Part shown: positions 8,495-16,838 of the stretch, one piece after another | Layout: each line of letters starts with the position of its first letter | Position numbering within the stretch: position 1 is the stretch's first letter | UHGV virus genome: UHGV-0141727 | Source of the DNA: a virus | DNA: 64,000 nucleotides | Direction: 5' to 3' (one strand) | Program-made: the position numbers and the translations under genes | The notes under the pieces: generated by a model | What the model was told of the DNA's origin: nothing | The model's database searches: none | Seen by the model: the letters and a program-made list of their open reading frames with translations, nothing else

Positions 8495-9522
8495 CAGGAA
8501 TCCATCAGGCGACTATTTGCACCAACGGATGCCCCGCTACGGCGCAAATATCGCATAAGTGTTTCGGGCTTTTTCCATGTGCCTTCCTGCATGATCTCGA
8601 CCATTGACACCTGTTTCTCAGCCATATCAATTGCCGCACCAACACGCGCACTATGACCTGTCCACGTCCGGTATCTTCCTTTGTTCGGCGTGGCATCTCG
8701 CTTATTCAGCAATCCCCAGGCATCGCTGAATATTTTCTCCATCGCAGGAGCAGTAAGAGGCGTTGTCGTGATTCTGGCTTTATTACTGCGGTGTATTGGC
8801 GGGAATAGCACCGCGTCCGGATGTTCACGAAGTCCGGACACCTCCAGCCAGTCGTTTAGCACGGCGGTAGTGCAACGAGAAAGCACCTTATCAAGTCCGG
8901 CGGCGGTCGTGATGGTCTTCGTGTGTGAAATATGCAGCGTTACAGTGTCACCTGTTTGGTCCAGATCTCCGACACGGATGCGCGAGATTTCTGACATACG
9001 CATCAGGGTATTGTATGCCACGAAGAGAAACGCCCGATTGCGCAGGTCCACCAGCCGCTCGGAACGGGACAGCAATACGTCGAGCAATTTCAGATCATCC
9101 CACCGCAACGGTATAGCCTGGCCTGTACGCTCGCCTTTTTCCGTTGCCGCTTCGCGCCGGATGCGCCGCATGGCCAGAGATACACTTTTATCGTCTGACA
9201 GCGGCGGTAGGCCGCATTGCGAAAGCAGCATGTTAAGCATGGCATAGTGCTTATCAATGGTGGTCGAAGCCAGATCGGCTTCATGCAACTGGAGAAGATA
9301 CTCGCGGGCCATTTCCGGCGTAATCGGGAACCAGGGGCGCTGGCGCGAATTACACCACCGCGCCCAGGAATGAAAGACCAGACGGAGATCACGAAGTGTA
9401 TTTGGGGCATAAGCTCCCTGGTCGTTCATGAACTGCATAAAGTTTTTTGCAGCTTCCTGGTATTCGGTGCCAATATCGCGCAGAAAACCGCCAGAACCGC
9501 CGGAGATAACTAGTTCACCCAT
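8494..9522 (-). CDS. cre: Cre-family tyrosine recombinase
   Basis: Collinear similarity to P1 Cre as recalled (SWARWCNSRQRPWFP, VSLAMRRIRRE, GHSARVGAA). Confidence 0.9.
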   Translation of the reverse strand: MGELVISGGSGGFLRDIGTEYQEAAKNFMQFMNDQGAYAPNTLRDLRLVFHSWARWCNSRQRPWFPITPEMAREYLLQLHEADLASTTIDKHYAMLNMLLSQCGLPPLSDDKSVSLAMRRIRREAATEKGERTGQAIPLRWDDLKLLDVLLSRSERLVDLRNRAFLFVAYNTLMRMSEISRIRVGDLDQTGDTVTLHISHTKTITTAAGLDKVLSRCTTAVLNDWLEVSGLREHPDAVLFPPIHRSNKARITTTPLTAPAMEKIFSDAWGLLNKRDATPNKGRYRTWTGHSARVGAAIDMAEKQVSMVEIMQEGTWKKPETLMRYLRRSGASVGANSRLMDS

Positions 9523-9673
9523 GAAACTATTAAACCTCTATATACAGATGACGCTACGTGAAAAATAGAAAACTGACAGGGTAGTTATAAGTTAATTTTC
9601 AAAATTCAAGCCTTTGATTCGAGGCATGATTTTTCATCCTTGTCAATACTACCTGTTTACTGGAGATTATAGC

Positions 9674-9707
9674 CTAACTTTAAATAATGCCAATTATTTA
9701 AAGTTAG
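9674..9707. other. lox-like recombination site, 13-bp inverted arms around an 8-bp spacer
   Basis: CTAACTTTAAATA-ATGCCAAT-TATTTAAAGTTAG; arms share TAACTT..ATA with loxP; about 150 bp upstream of cre. Confidence 0.55.
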
Positions 9708-9874
9708 AAATCGGGACTTTTTTCCCAAAAAAACACCGACAAGATCACTTCGCAAATCTGTCAGCCATGCGGTAGCCGTTTCCTGGTTACATTTTCTAAT
9801 AGGAACAATCAAAAAAAAGCGGTTTTATCCTTTACTCACCTTGTTATTCAGCATAAATTTGTCACAGGACTTTT

Positions 9875-9890
9875 ATGTTAGAAAACTAAA
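9875..9890. promoter_or_regulatory. operator-like motif ATGTTAGAAAActaaa just upstream of the 9904 gene
   Basis: Same family as the other dispersed sites. Confidence 0.4.
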
Positions 9891-9903
9891 TCGAGTAGGA
9901 ATA

Positions 9904-10941
9904 ATGAGTAAGAAGTCGATCGAGAATGAGTACAAACGGTTCCTGCAAACCGCTGAACGGTGGAAAGAGCTGGTGGTCGCAAACTCTGTTTTCCATGATA
10001 CCAGTTACGTTGGCGAGGAATTTCGCCATGTTGCATTAACACATGATCCGGCTGTATTAGAAGAAGCTGAAAAATGCATAGCCGAATGGAAAGCCTTTGT
10101 TGATCTGTGTCGCAAGGATGATGACAAAGCCTCAAACATTGTTGAGTCGGTTTATTTACCGATCCCATTCATTGTTGAGGATACTAATCAGAGTACGCAT
10201 ATCGTTATGCAAAGCGCAACCACAACGAGAACATTTACGCGCGAAGACCTGCTGAAAAAATACGATAAAACTATAAAGAAAAGCATGAAAAACAGGATCT
10301 TTTCACAGGTTGTCGGTGCGCTTGAAGAAGAACGCAGATTCTTCGCCGCAGAACGTGAGGGCGAGGTATACCGCGCAAGAAAAGAAGGTTATACCGATGT
10401 GGTGATTACCACCAATATCGAGGGCAACAATGGACTTTCACGCTTCAGAGTGGGTACGCACGGTGCGCTGATCTTTGCAAAAAAAGCAAACACAGAGATT
10501 CCCGTTGTTAACAACGTTGGTGAGCGCCGCACCCTTACCATTTACACTGGCATTAAACCGCTTCCGTGCGGACTTCTCGGCGAATTTGACCTTTATCGGG
10601 TTCGTGACCTGGAAAAGCAGCAGCCAAGCTATGTCGTGAAGTCATATATCCTGAGAAACATTGATATCCGCAATCAGAGTTTAAAAAACAAATCAGAGAA
10701 AATGCTGTCCGAAGCTGATCCAGCCATACACCAGATCGTTAGCCGGAAAATTCAAGAAGCTAAAGATGCAATGGCAAGGCTGGATAAAATGGACCTGGAA
10801 CTACTGGAAGTTATGATTGCCTCCGGCGATGACCTGACAGGCATCCGCCTTACTGAAGCCAGGAAAAAATACGGTAAAAGCGTTGAAGAACGCTATGGGT
10901 ACACATTCACACAAACGATGTACGCGGCAAAACTCTGGTAA
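9904..10941 (+). CDS. hypothetical protein in the position P1 uses for c1 (candidate primary repressor)
   Basis: Start at 9904 preferred (AGGA 4 nt upstream); divergent from cre, convergent with pacB; operator-like motif in its leader. Confidence 0.5.
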   Translation: MSKKSIENEYKRFLQTAERWKELVVANSVFHDTSYVGEEFRHVALTHDPAVLEEAEKCIAEWKAFVDLCRKDDDKASNIVESVYLPIPFIVEDTNQSTHIVMQSATTTRTFTREDLLKKYDKTIKKSMKNRIFSQVVGALEEERRFFAAEREGEVYRARKEGYTDVVITTNIEGNNGLSRFRVGTHGALIFAKKANTEIPVVNNVGERRTLTIYTGIKPLPCGLLGEFDLYRVRDLEKQQPSYVVKSYILRNIDIRNQSLKNKSEKMLSEADPAIHQIVSRKIQEAKDAMARLDKMDLELLEVMIASGDDLTGIRLTEARKKYGKSVEERYGYTFTQTMYAAKLW

Positions 10942-10957
10942 TCGCAAGCCACCCACA

Positions 10958-10980
10958 AGCCCCGAATCGCCGGGGCTTTT
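10958..10980 (+). terminator. rho-independent terminator
   Basis: AGCCCCG-aatcgc-CGGGGCT followed by TTTT. Confidence 0.6.
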
Positions 10981-12487
10981 AAATGTCAATATCAGGAATA
11001 TCCACTTCTGCCAACACCTGATCGCGGAATGTTGCTAGTTCTGCACCAATGTCTTCATTAGCAGGCACGTAATCCACCAGCATAGTGAAGCAGTAGGTAT
11101 CCCATCTGTCCGGCGACTTGATGTTTAACTTCTGCCGCATGTGCTCCTTGCGCATCATCGCCACCTTCCCTTCTTCGTTAAGCATATACGGGATTTTTGA
11201 TGCCTGATCGGCAGTTTTGGGGTCACTATCGATACGCATACGCCCTGATTTAATGGCATCCCCTGCCATAATATTGGCGTAAGCACGCTGATTGACAAAG
11301 CGTTCTCTGTCTCTTAGCGCAAACATAGGTTTACCCCAACGGATGCGAACGGGATTAGCACCACGGCGGACAAGCTGCGCACACGTATCTGAACCAAAGC
11401 CATCAGCATCCACAGCAATGGTGATGTTCGGGTATTTATCAGGAGTGCATTCGTTATAGATAAAGTCGGCAAAAGCCAACGGGTCCATAGTGCCTGGCAT
11501 CTCCAGTATCTTAAAGTTCACAACACGTCGTTTCTCACGATAACCGGATACTTTGCATATATTGAGCACCGATTTGTCGCGACCATTACCGACGTCAGCG
11601 GTCGCTACCCAGCCCCAATCTTTCTCCAGCAACACTTTACGCCGTGCGGCGCGGTCGCACTCATCACGACCAAGCAAATACCCGTTAATTGCACGCGGGA
11701 ACTGGCCCAGCACCTTAACCATGTACTCCAGCGAATCCCTGCCGCCGTACTCCAGCAATTTCTCACGAATAAAGCTCGGTTCAACGAATGGAGATTCTTC
11801 AGAGTTAAGGACTATTGCCGTCCAGACTCCTTCCGGATTGCCTTCTGCCTTTGCCCTTGAATGGTGGGATTCATAAAAGTAACCGCTTGGACGCGTAGGC
11901 TGGGAAAGCATGAGCATACGGTTATCTTTCTGCGTTAACGCCCCCGTCATGACGTTAATCGCCTTATCGGATATGCCCGATGCTTCATCAAGGATTAGCA
12001 GTAAATGCTCCGCGTGCTCCCCCGCCAGTGCCTCTTCGTTACCGAGTCGATAACCTTTACAGAGCACTTCCCATATCCCTTTACGGGAACGCTCATAAAA
12101 CATGGTGTCAGACAGGACAAAATAGGTCTGTAACCAGCCGTGGCGCTTAACAGCATTCGCCCAAAACTGTTTCACGTATTTGAATACGCCTGTTTTTACC
12201 TGGCCTATTTTGTTCGCAACAATAATGACGCGGGCGTCGGGGAACAGGATCATAAAAATTAGTAGCAACATCGCGGTAAGGGACGACTTACCCGTTCCGT
12301 GTCCGGACGTAACGGTCGTCCTGCTCCCCGTCTCCTGCACTGACTGAATGATCTGCTGCTGCTGGTGGGAGGGGAACATCCCAAAAATATCGACAACCGC
12401 CTGGGTAAAGTTGTATCGATACCTGATAACCATATCGCGCCAACGTGGATCACTGGTCACGCACTTAATCTTACGACCACCAGCCAT
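10979..12487 (-). CDS. pacB: terminase large subunit (P1 PacB-type)
   Basis: 502 aa; Walker A GHGTGKS, Walker B LLLILDEASG, C-terminal nuclease-domain length; directly follows the small-subunit gene. Confidence 0.85.
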   Translation of the reverse strand: MAGGRKIKCVTSDPRWRDMVIRYRYNFTQAVVDIFGMFPSHQQQQIIQSVQETGSRTTVTSGHGTGKSSLTAMLLLIFMILFPDARVIIVANKIGQVKTGVFKYVKQFWANAVKRHGWLQTYFVLSDTMFYERSRKGIWEVLCKGYRLGNEEALAGEHAEHLLLILDEASGISDKAINVMTGALTQKDNRMLMLSQPTRPSGYFYESHHSRAKAEGNPEGVWTAIVLNSEESPFVEPSFIREKLLEYGGRDSLEYMVKVLGQFPRAINGYLLGRDECDRAARRKVLLEKDWGWVATADVGNGRDKSVLNICKVSGYREKRRVVNFKILEMPGTMDPLAFADFIYNECTPDKYPNITIAVDADGFGSDTCAQLVRRGANPVRIRWGKPMFALRDRERFVNQRAYANIMAGDAIKSGRMRIDSDPKTADQASKIPYMLNEEGKVAMMRKEHMRQKLNIKSPDRWDTYCFTMLVDYVPANEDIGAELATFRDQVLAEVDIPDIDI

Positions 12488-13851
12488 TAGTCATCCTCCG
12501 GCTGGTCTATCGCAATCTCGTCATCTACAGCATCAAAACCGGTATCCCCCGCGTCATAATCACCGTAGATATCAGCCGTGGCGGAAGGGTCTATATTCAG
12601 GTCTTCATCATTGGCCTCAAATTCACCGGCTTTACGTTCTCCGTTCCGGTCGTAATCCCCCATCCCAAGCCTATCAACGATTTTCGCTACTTCAGCCCGG
12701 CGTTGTGCAAGCCATTGTGGGAGTCCAGCTTGTTGCTCGGCAAACTGCTTCGCCTCTTTATCCAGTTGCTCATCATCAACATCGTTAACGTCAGAAACCG
12801 GAGGCTCCAGAAGTGAGATCGCTTTTGCCGCTCGTGCTGCCAGGATAGCCGGGACACTGACGCCCTGCCGCTCGATATATTCAGCAACGCCTATATCGTC
12901 CAGCTCCTCGCGCTCACGCATACGTATAGCGGCGGCGATAACTCTGGCGGCGCGTGCGTCAGCGCCAATGCGATACTCAATCTCTTTGCCACGCTGCTCG
13001 GCTTGCAGGCGAGTAATCGCCAGTTTTTCTCTGGCCTCAGCCTCTCTGAATGCCTGCTGGCGCGCGCCCTGCGCAAGTTTTTCATCCCCCTGGCGTAGCT
13101 TCTGCTCGGTCTGGTAGATGGCAGCCAACCTACTGATAAAGTCATTCATGTAGTAGGCCGCATCGCTTATTAGGCCGAGAAGACGCTGCCCTGGGTGCAT
13201 TCCCTCTGGCTGTGTATCGCCGAGGGCGTCAATCTCTTCCTGTAGTCGTTCCGCTTCCTGGTCAACGATGGCCTGATACTGAATTGCTCGTTCCTGCGCC
13301 ATCTGTATCGCAAGTCGTAAATGTTCTGTCGCGCCGTTCTTCATCATCTCACGGGCGACGTTGGTGGCAGGCAAAGTGGCGCTTTGAGCTGATGAGTCAG
13401 GGATCATTTGCAATGATCCCATGTTTCGTTGGGCTTTTTCGCTGCTTTTAGGGATCATTTCCCCCATTTCATCACAAAATGATCCCCTTACATCCTTGTG
13501 TATCTTGTTGTTATTACTTGACTTTTCTTTGTGATCCGCATTTTGTTTTTGCGGCATGGCGCGGAATCGTCCACCAGCTAACGATTTGTCAGTTTTTGTA
13601 AATTCTGTGCTTTTATCAGCCTTTTTTTGCTCTTTTTTTGGGCTTGCGGCGCTGCTTTTCGCGCGCTGTTTTGTGCTTTTCCCGGCAGCCTTAGCTTTCG
13701 CTTTAACCTCATTTTTTTTCATATTGAGATGCTTTCTGGCGGTGTTAAAGCTGAGGTCATGCTGCTCGCAATATTCCTTTATGGTGATCCCGGTTTCTTC
13801 TCTTAACTCCAGGAACTTAGCTCGATGCGCTTCCCAATTAATTAACGTCAT
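12487..13851 (-). CDS. pacA: terminase small subunit / pac-recognition protein (P1 PacA-type)
   Basis: N-terminal HTH, lysine-rich linker; coupled to pacB; GATC-rich pac-like repeats inside the gene. Confidence 0.6.
   Translation of the reverse strand: MTLINWEAHRAKFLELREETGITIKEYCEQHDLSFNTARKHLNMKKNEVKAKAKAAGKSTKQRAKSSAASPKKEQKKADKSTEFTKTDKSLAGGRFRAMPQKQNADHKEKSSNNNKIHKDVRGSFCDEMGEMIPKSSEKAQRNMGSLQMIPDSSAQSATLPATNVAREMMKNGATEHLRLAIQMAQERAIQYQAIVDQEAERLQEEIDALGDTQPEGMHPGQRLLGLISDAAYYMNDFISRLAAIYQTEQKLRQGDEKLAQGARQQAFREAEAREKLAITRLQAEQRGKEIEYRIGADARAARVIAAAIRMREREELDDIGVAEYIERQGVSVPAILAARAAKAISLLEPPVSDVNDVDDEQLDKEAKQFAEQQAGLPQWLAQRRAEVAKIVDRLGMGDYDRNGERKAGEFEANDEDLNIDPSATADIYGDYDAGDTGFDAVDDEIAIDQPEDD
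13400..13538. other. candidate pac site: five GATC-containing ATGATCC/GGATCAT elements within about 140 bp inside pacA
   Basis: GATC at 13403, 13415, 13454, 13481, 13534 in a repeated flank context. Confidence 0.45.
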
Positions 13852-14240
13852 AGGGAAGCCTCACGTTTTTTCACGGCGGCGTTCCATAGCTGGTTAGTCA
13901 TCGCCACCAACTGACGCTGCTCCTTTCGTAATTGAGCTTCTATCTTTCGGTTGGTGTTTTTCACCAACAGCCGACCGAATTCAGGAGTGCGCCCGCGCAC
14001 CTTGAACTGGTATCCATTCAGGCCATGTAGCCAATATTTCCGGGGGTATACGCGGTCGTCTATTTCGCAAATGGCACGACTGGAACGAACAAAAAAACGT
14101 ATGATGTTATTTACGTTTACGCGCGACACATGAAGGTGAGGATATTGTGCTTTTGCACGGCTGGTGATTTCGGTGACCGTCAGATAGCAGTCAGCCCTGA
14201 TCATGATATCCGCTATTTCGGCGCTACTGATTTGCTCCAT
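13848..14240 (-). CDS. hypothetical protein, possibly late promoter activator (Lpa-like) by position
   Basis: 130 aa directly upstream of pacA with a 4-nt overlap; operator-like site in its leader. Confidence 0.3.
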   Translation of the reverse strand: MEQISSAEIADIMIRADCYLTVTEITSRAKAQYPHLHVSRVNVNNIIRFFVRSSRAICEIDDRVYPRKYWLHGLNGYQFKVRGRTPEFGRLLVKNTNRKIEAQLRKEQRQLVAMTNQLWNAAVKKREASL

Positions 14241-14314
14241 TTATCCCCCGGATAGAAAAAGACCGAGGGGATGATAATCAGCTTGTTAATACTGAGAAGA
14301 CTGTCAAAAACATG

Positions 14315-14335
14315 ATGTATTAGAAAATTAATATT
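14315..14335. promoter_or_regulatory. operator-like motif atgtaTTAGAAAATTAAtatt
   Basis: About 80 bp upstream of the 14240 start. Confidence 0.45.
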
Positions 14336-14347
14336 AACTTACTAACA

Positions 14348-14731
14348 CTACCAGCGGGATAAACGAACAACATGCTTAACTTTTGCCTCCCACTTCCCTT
14401 TATGTTTGTTGATCACCGCCTGCGCCATCTTCAGACTGGCTTCAAAATCGGCTTTTCGACCACTATTGCCCACCAGCAACGCTCCGTCTATTTCGGGTAA
14501 GCATAAGTAATCCTGCTCGACGGTAAGCGGCATTGATGATGTAACCTGGCAGGCTTTCCATCTGAAGCGTATGCGCACACTCCTGACTGACATCACGACA
14601 TAACCTGATATTGTGCTCTTGTGTCCGGCGTCTGTGCGTGTAGCCTTGCATGATGTTATCTTGCAGGTGATGATGTCCCAACCAATGTGCATTGCATCCT
14701 CAATGCGTAATTTAGTAGCCTCGTACATCAA
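14348..14731 (-). CDS. hypothetical protein (127 aa)
   Basis: 4-nt overlap with the upstream gene. Confidence 0.35.
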   Translation of the reverse strand: MMYEATKLRIEDAMHIGWDIITCKITSCKATRTDAGHKSTISGYVVMSVRSVRIRFRWKACQVTSSMPLTVEQDYLCLPEIDGALLVGNSGRKADFEASLKMAQAVINKHKGKWEAKVKHVVRLSRW

Positions 14732-15303
14732 AAAACCTCCCAGTCAGTAGCGATAATATCGACACCAGTTGCAAACCAGTCTGTCTGCGCCTGTAAATCC
14801 CCATTCATCATTACCAGGCGAGGCATAACCATCACATCACAACCTTCAACAATATCGAATGCCTCTTCCGGCAGGAATTCGACGAGCTTTTCTTTGCTGC
14901 CAACACTGCCACGGAGCATCGATATATAGCTCCCTTTAGGCCATGATGTTCGCCGGGCATCAAGCCCCTTCATCATCCAGTAAAAGGCCGATGAGAACGG
15001 GATGTTCTTTTTGGCGATGAGCACGTTATTCGCTTCTGTGTACTTCAGGAACTTAACTAACCTTACCATCGACTCGGATAACGCAATGTACGGCTCATGA
15101 TTGATTGCTGACACGCTTACGCCGTGCAGTCCAACACTTACCACTGTCATATCACCGTTCTGTGCGGTTTCGATGTTGACGCCTTTACGAACTAACGCTG
15201 CATAAAGCTCCTCGCGCTTTTGCGTCCAGCATTCTCGTCGCCCTATAAAGTCACTCAAAACGAGATCATCTTCTGAATACGCGTTATCGTTCGCCGTTAA
15301 CAT
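14728..15303 (-). CDS. protein with C-terminal DUF2829-like domain (paralog of the 6424-7086 C-terminus)
   Basis: AFYWMMKGLDARRTSWPKG...DIIATDWEVF parallels ALMWLKDGKKVARRGWNG...DLLACDWFVVE. Confidence 0.4.
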   Translation of the reverse strand: MLTANDNAYSEDDLVLSDFIGRRECWTQKREELYAALVRKGVNIETAQNGDMTVVSVGLHGVSVSAINHEPYIALSESMVRLVKFLKYTEANNVLIAKKNIPFSSAFYWMMKGLDARRTSWPKGSYISMLRGSVGSKEKLVEFLPEEAFDIVEGCDVMVMPRLVMMNGDLQAQTDWFATGVDIIATDWEVF

Positions 15304-15756
15304 AACGTCTCCTTTTTTACACGCGCGACTATCCCCCGGCTGAACCGGTAGTGACGTCGTAACTTCGTATTAATTAAGGGTTACAGCCTGAGCGGCTATA
15401 TGATGAATTGAAAGGAGTTGTGGCGGTGGTGCCTCCACCTGCCAGGTTAGCCACGCCCGGCGACGACACTTATCAGAACGTAGTGAATGAAAATGGCTTC
15501 GTCACGAGCGCATAGCCGCAATTACCACAACGGAGAAGGCGCTCGTATTAATTAAACACCTTTTCCTGTTGTACGCCGTGCTATTCCGGCTGTCACACCG
15601 AATCGCCAGGATGGTGAGTCCCTGAGTCCGCTATCCTACCAACGGTGACTTGCACATTCCGGCTACCTGATGTGCCCATGCAGTGTTAGTAAGGCACCTA
15701 ACAGCTACACCAGACCGCTAACGACGCATGTGCCATACGCCGTGTTACAACCAAAT

Positions 15757-15832
15757 GTGGTGGCCCCTACCGGACTTGAACCGGTGACCGTGCGATTATG
15801 AGTCGCCCGCTCTAACCACTGAGCTAAAGGGC
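15757..15832 (-). tRNA. tRNA with CAU anticodon, ileX-like (tRNA-Ile2 lysidine type; tRNA-Met by anticodon alone)
   Basis: GGCCCTTTAGCTCAGTGGTTAGAGCGGGCGACTCATAATCGC...GGTTCAAGTCC...CCA; close to E. coli ileX as recalled. Confidence 0.8.
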
Positions 15833-16261
15833 CAGATTACTGTTAATTACGCTTACGCTTTTTGCCAGAACCGCGTAAGGCTTTTGCCGCTTGCTCTACC
15901 CCGTATGCAACCACCAGCAGAAACAATAATGTCCACTCCGGGTTTTTATCGGCAAACGCCCAAAAATCCATCACTTGCAGCCACCTTTTAAGACAAACAC
16001 CATTGCTGTTAGGTTGCGGTGCCGGGTGCCTCCCGGTGACGTTAACCAGTTAACAATTAACGCCGGATCACTTATGGATTCTCGTTACGCCAGTAAAAAG
16101 ACCACCTTTACTGTTTTAACTGTACCGCGTGCGCTTAGCCGCATTCACCGCAATGGTAAGAGCACTTGGCTGGCTGGGCGGCGATGACGCCTGTACGCAT
16201 TTGGTGATCCGGTTCTGCTTCCGGCATTCGCTTAATTAGCCAAATACTCTTAACGTTGCGA

Positions 16262-16348
16262 TGGCGGAGAGTAATGGAATCGAACCATCATCGCTTGCGC
16301 GACGGGACGGATTTCAAGACCGCTTGAGCACCATGCTCCCTACTCTCC
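16262..16348 (-). tRNA. class II tRNA, probably tRNA-Ser(UGA)
   Basis: 87 nt, acceptor GGAGAGT/ACTCTCC, loop CUUGAAA, long variable arm, T-loop GGTTCGATTCC, encoded CCA; anticodon stem is imperfect. Confidence 0.55.
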
Positions 16349-16500
16349 AGTGATTGTGGTGGTCGGTGCTGATCTCCGACTGCGCCTCTTTTTTTCATAG
16401 CCCATAAGGCCGGTCAGTGCGCTTGATGACTGAGGCATCGATATTTACTACGCCGCGTCGTTGCCATAGGGCGGACTTGCGCGCCAGCAACGCGCATTCA

Positions 16501-16588
16501 CCACAACGGTAAGGGTACTTCGTAGGGATTCGAACCCTCTGCCAAGCACGGCGATCTCCGACGTCGCAAAATACCCTTACCTGTTGTG
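16501..16588. other. tRNA-like element: T-arm-like palindrome between 16-17-bp inverted repeats
   Basis: CACAACGGTAAGGGTA ... AGGGATTCGAACCCT ... TACCCTTACCTGTTGTG; no canonical cloverleaf found. Confidence 0.3.
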
Positions 16589-16589
16589 T

Positions 16590-16665
16590 TGGTGCCGGTT
16601 AACGGACTCGAACCGCTGACATCCTGCTTACAAGGCAGGCGCTCTACCAACTGAGCTAAACCGGC
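16590..16665 (-). tRNA. tRNA-Thr(UGU)
   Basis: GCCGGTTTAGCTCAGTTGGTAGAGCGCCTGCCTTGTAAGCAGG...GGTTCGAGTCC...ACCA. Confidence 0.85.
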
Positions 16666-16669
16666 AATT

Positions 16670-16756
16670 TGGTGGGGAGTGATGGAGTCGAACCATCCGA
16701 GTCGCAATGACAGTAGATTTACAGTCTACCCCGCTACCCCTACGGACTAACTCCCC
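16670..16756 (-). tRNA. tRNA-Tyr(GUA), class II
   Basis: GGGGAGT acceptor, loop CTGTAAA, long variable arm, GGTTCGACTCC, CCA. Confidence 0.8.
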
Positions 16757-16761
16757 TAAAT

Positions 16762-16838
16762 TGGCGATGGTGGGTGGATTCGAACCACCGACCGACAGCT
16801 TAGAAGGCTGCTGCTCTATCCTACTGAGCTACACCATC
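16762..16838 (-). tRNA. tRNA-Arg(UCU)
   Basis: GATGGTGTAGCTCAGTAGGATAGAGCAGCAGCCTTCTAAGCTGT...GGTTCGAATCC...GCCA. Confidence 0.8.

Noticed and set aside
8494-9522. Integrated-prophage integrase with a tRNA-derived attachment site
   Set aside because: The recombinase is Cre-like with an adjacent lox-like 13-8-13 site, and the element carries its own iteron replicon; this fits a plasmid-prophage rather than tRNA-targeted integration. Flanking chromosome is not visible, so integration cannot be fully excluded.
9841-9903. Extended start at 9841 for the c1-position gene
   Set aside because: The upstream extension overlaps the operator-like motif and lacks an RBS; the ATG at 9904 has AGGA 4 nt upstream.
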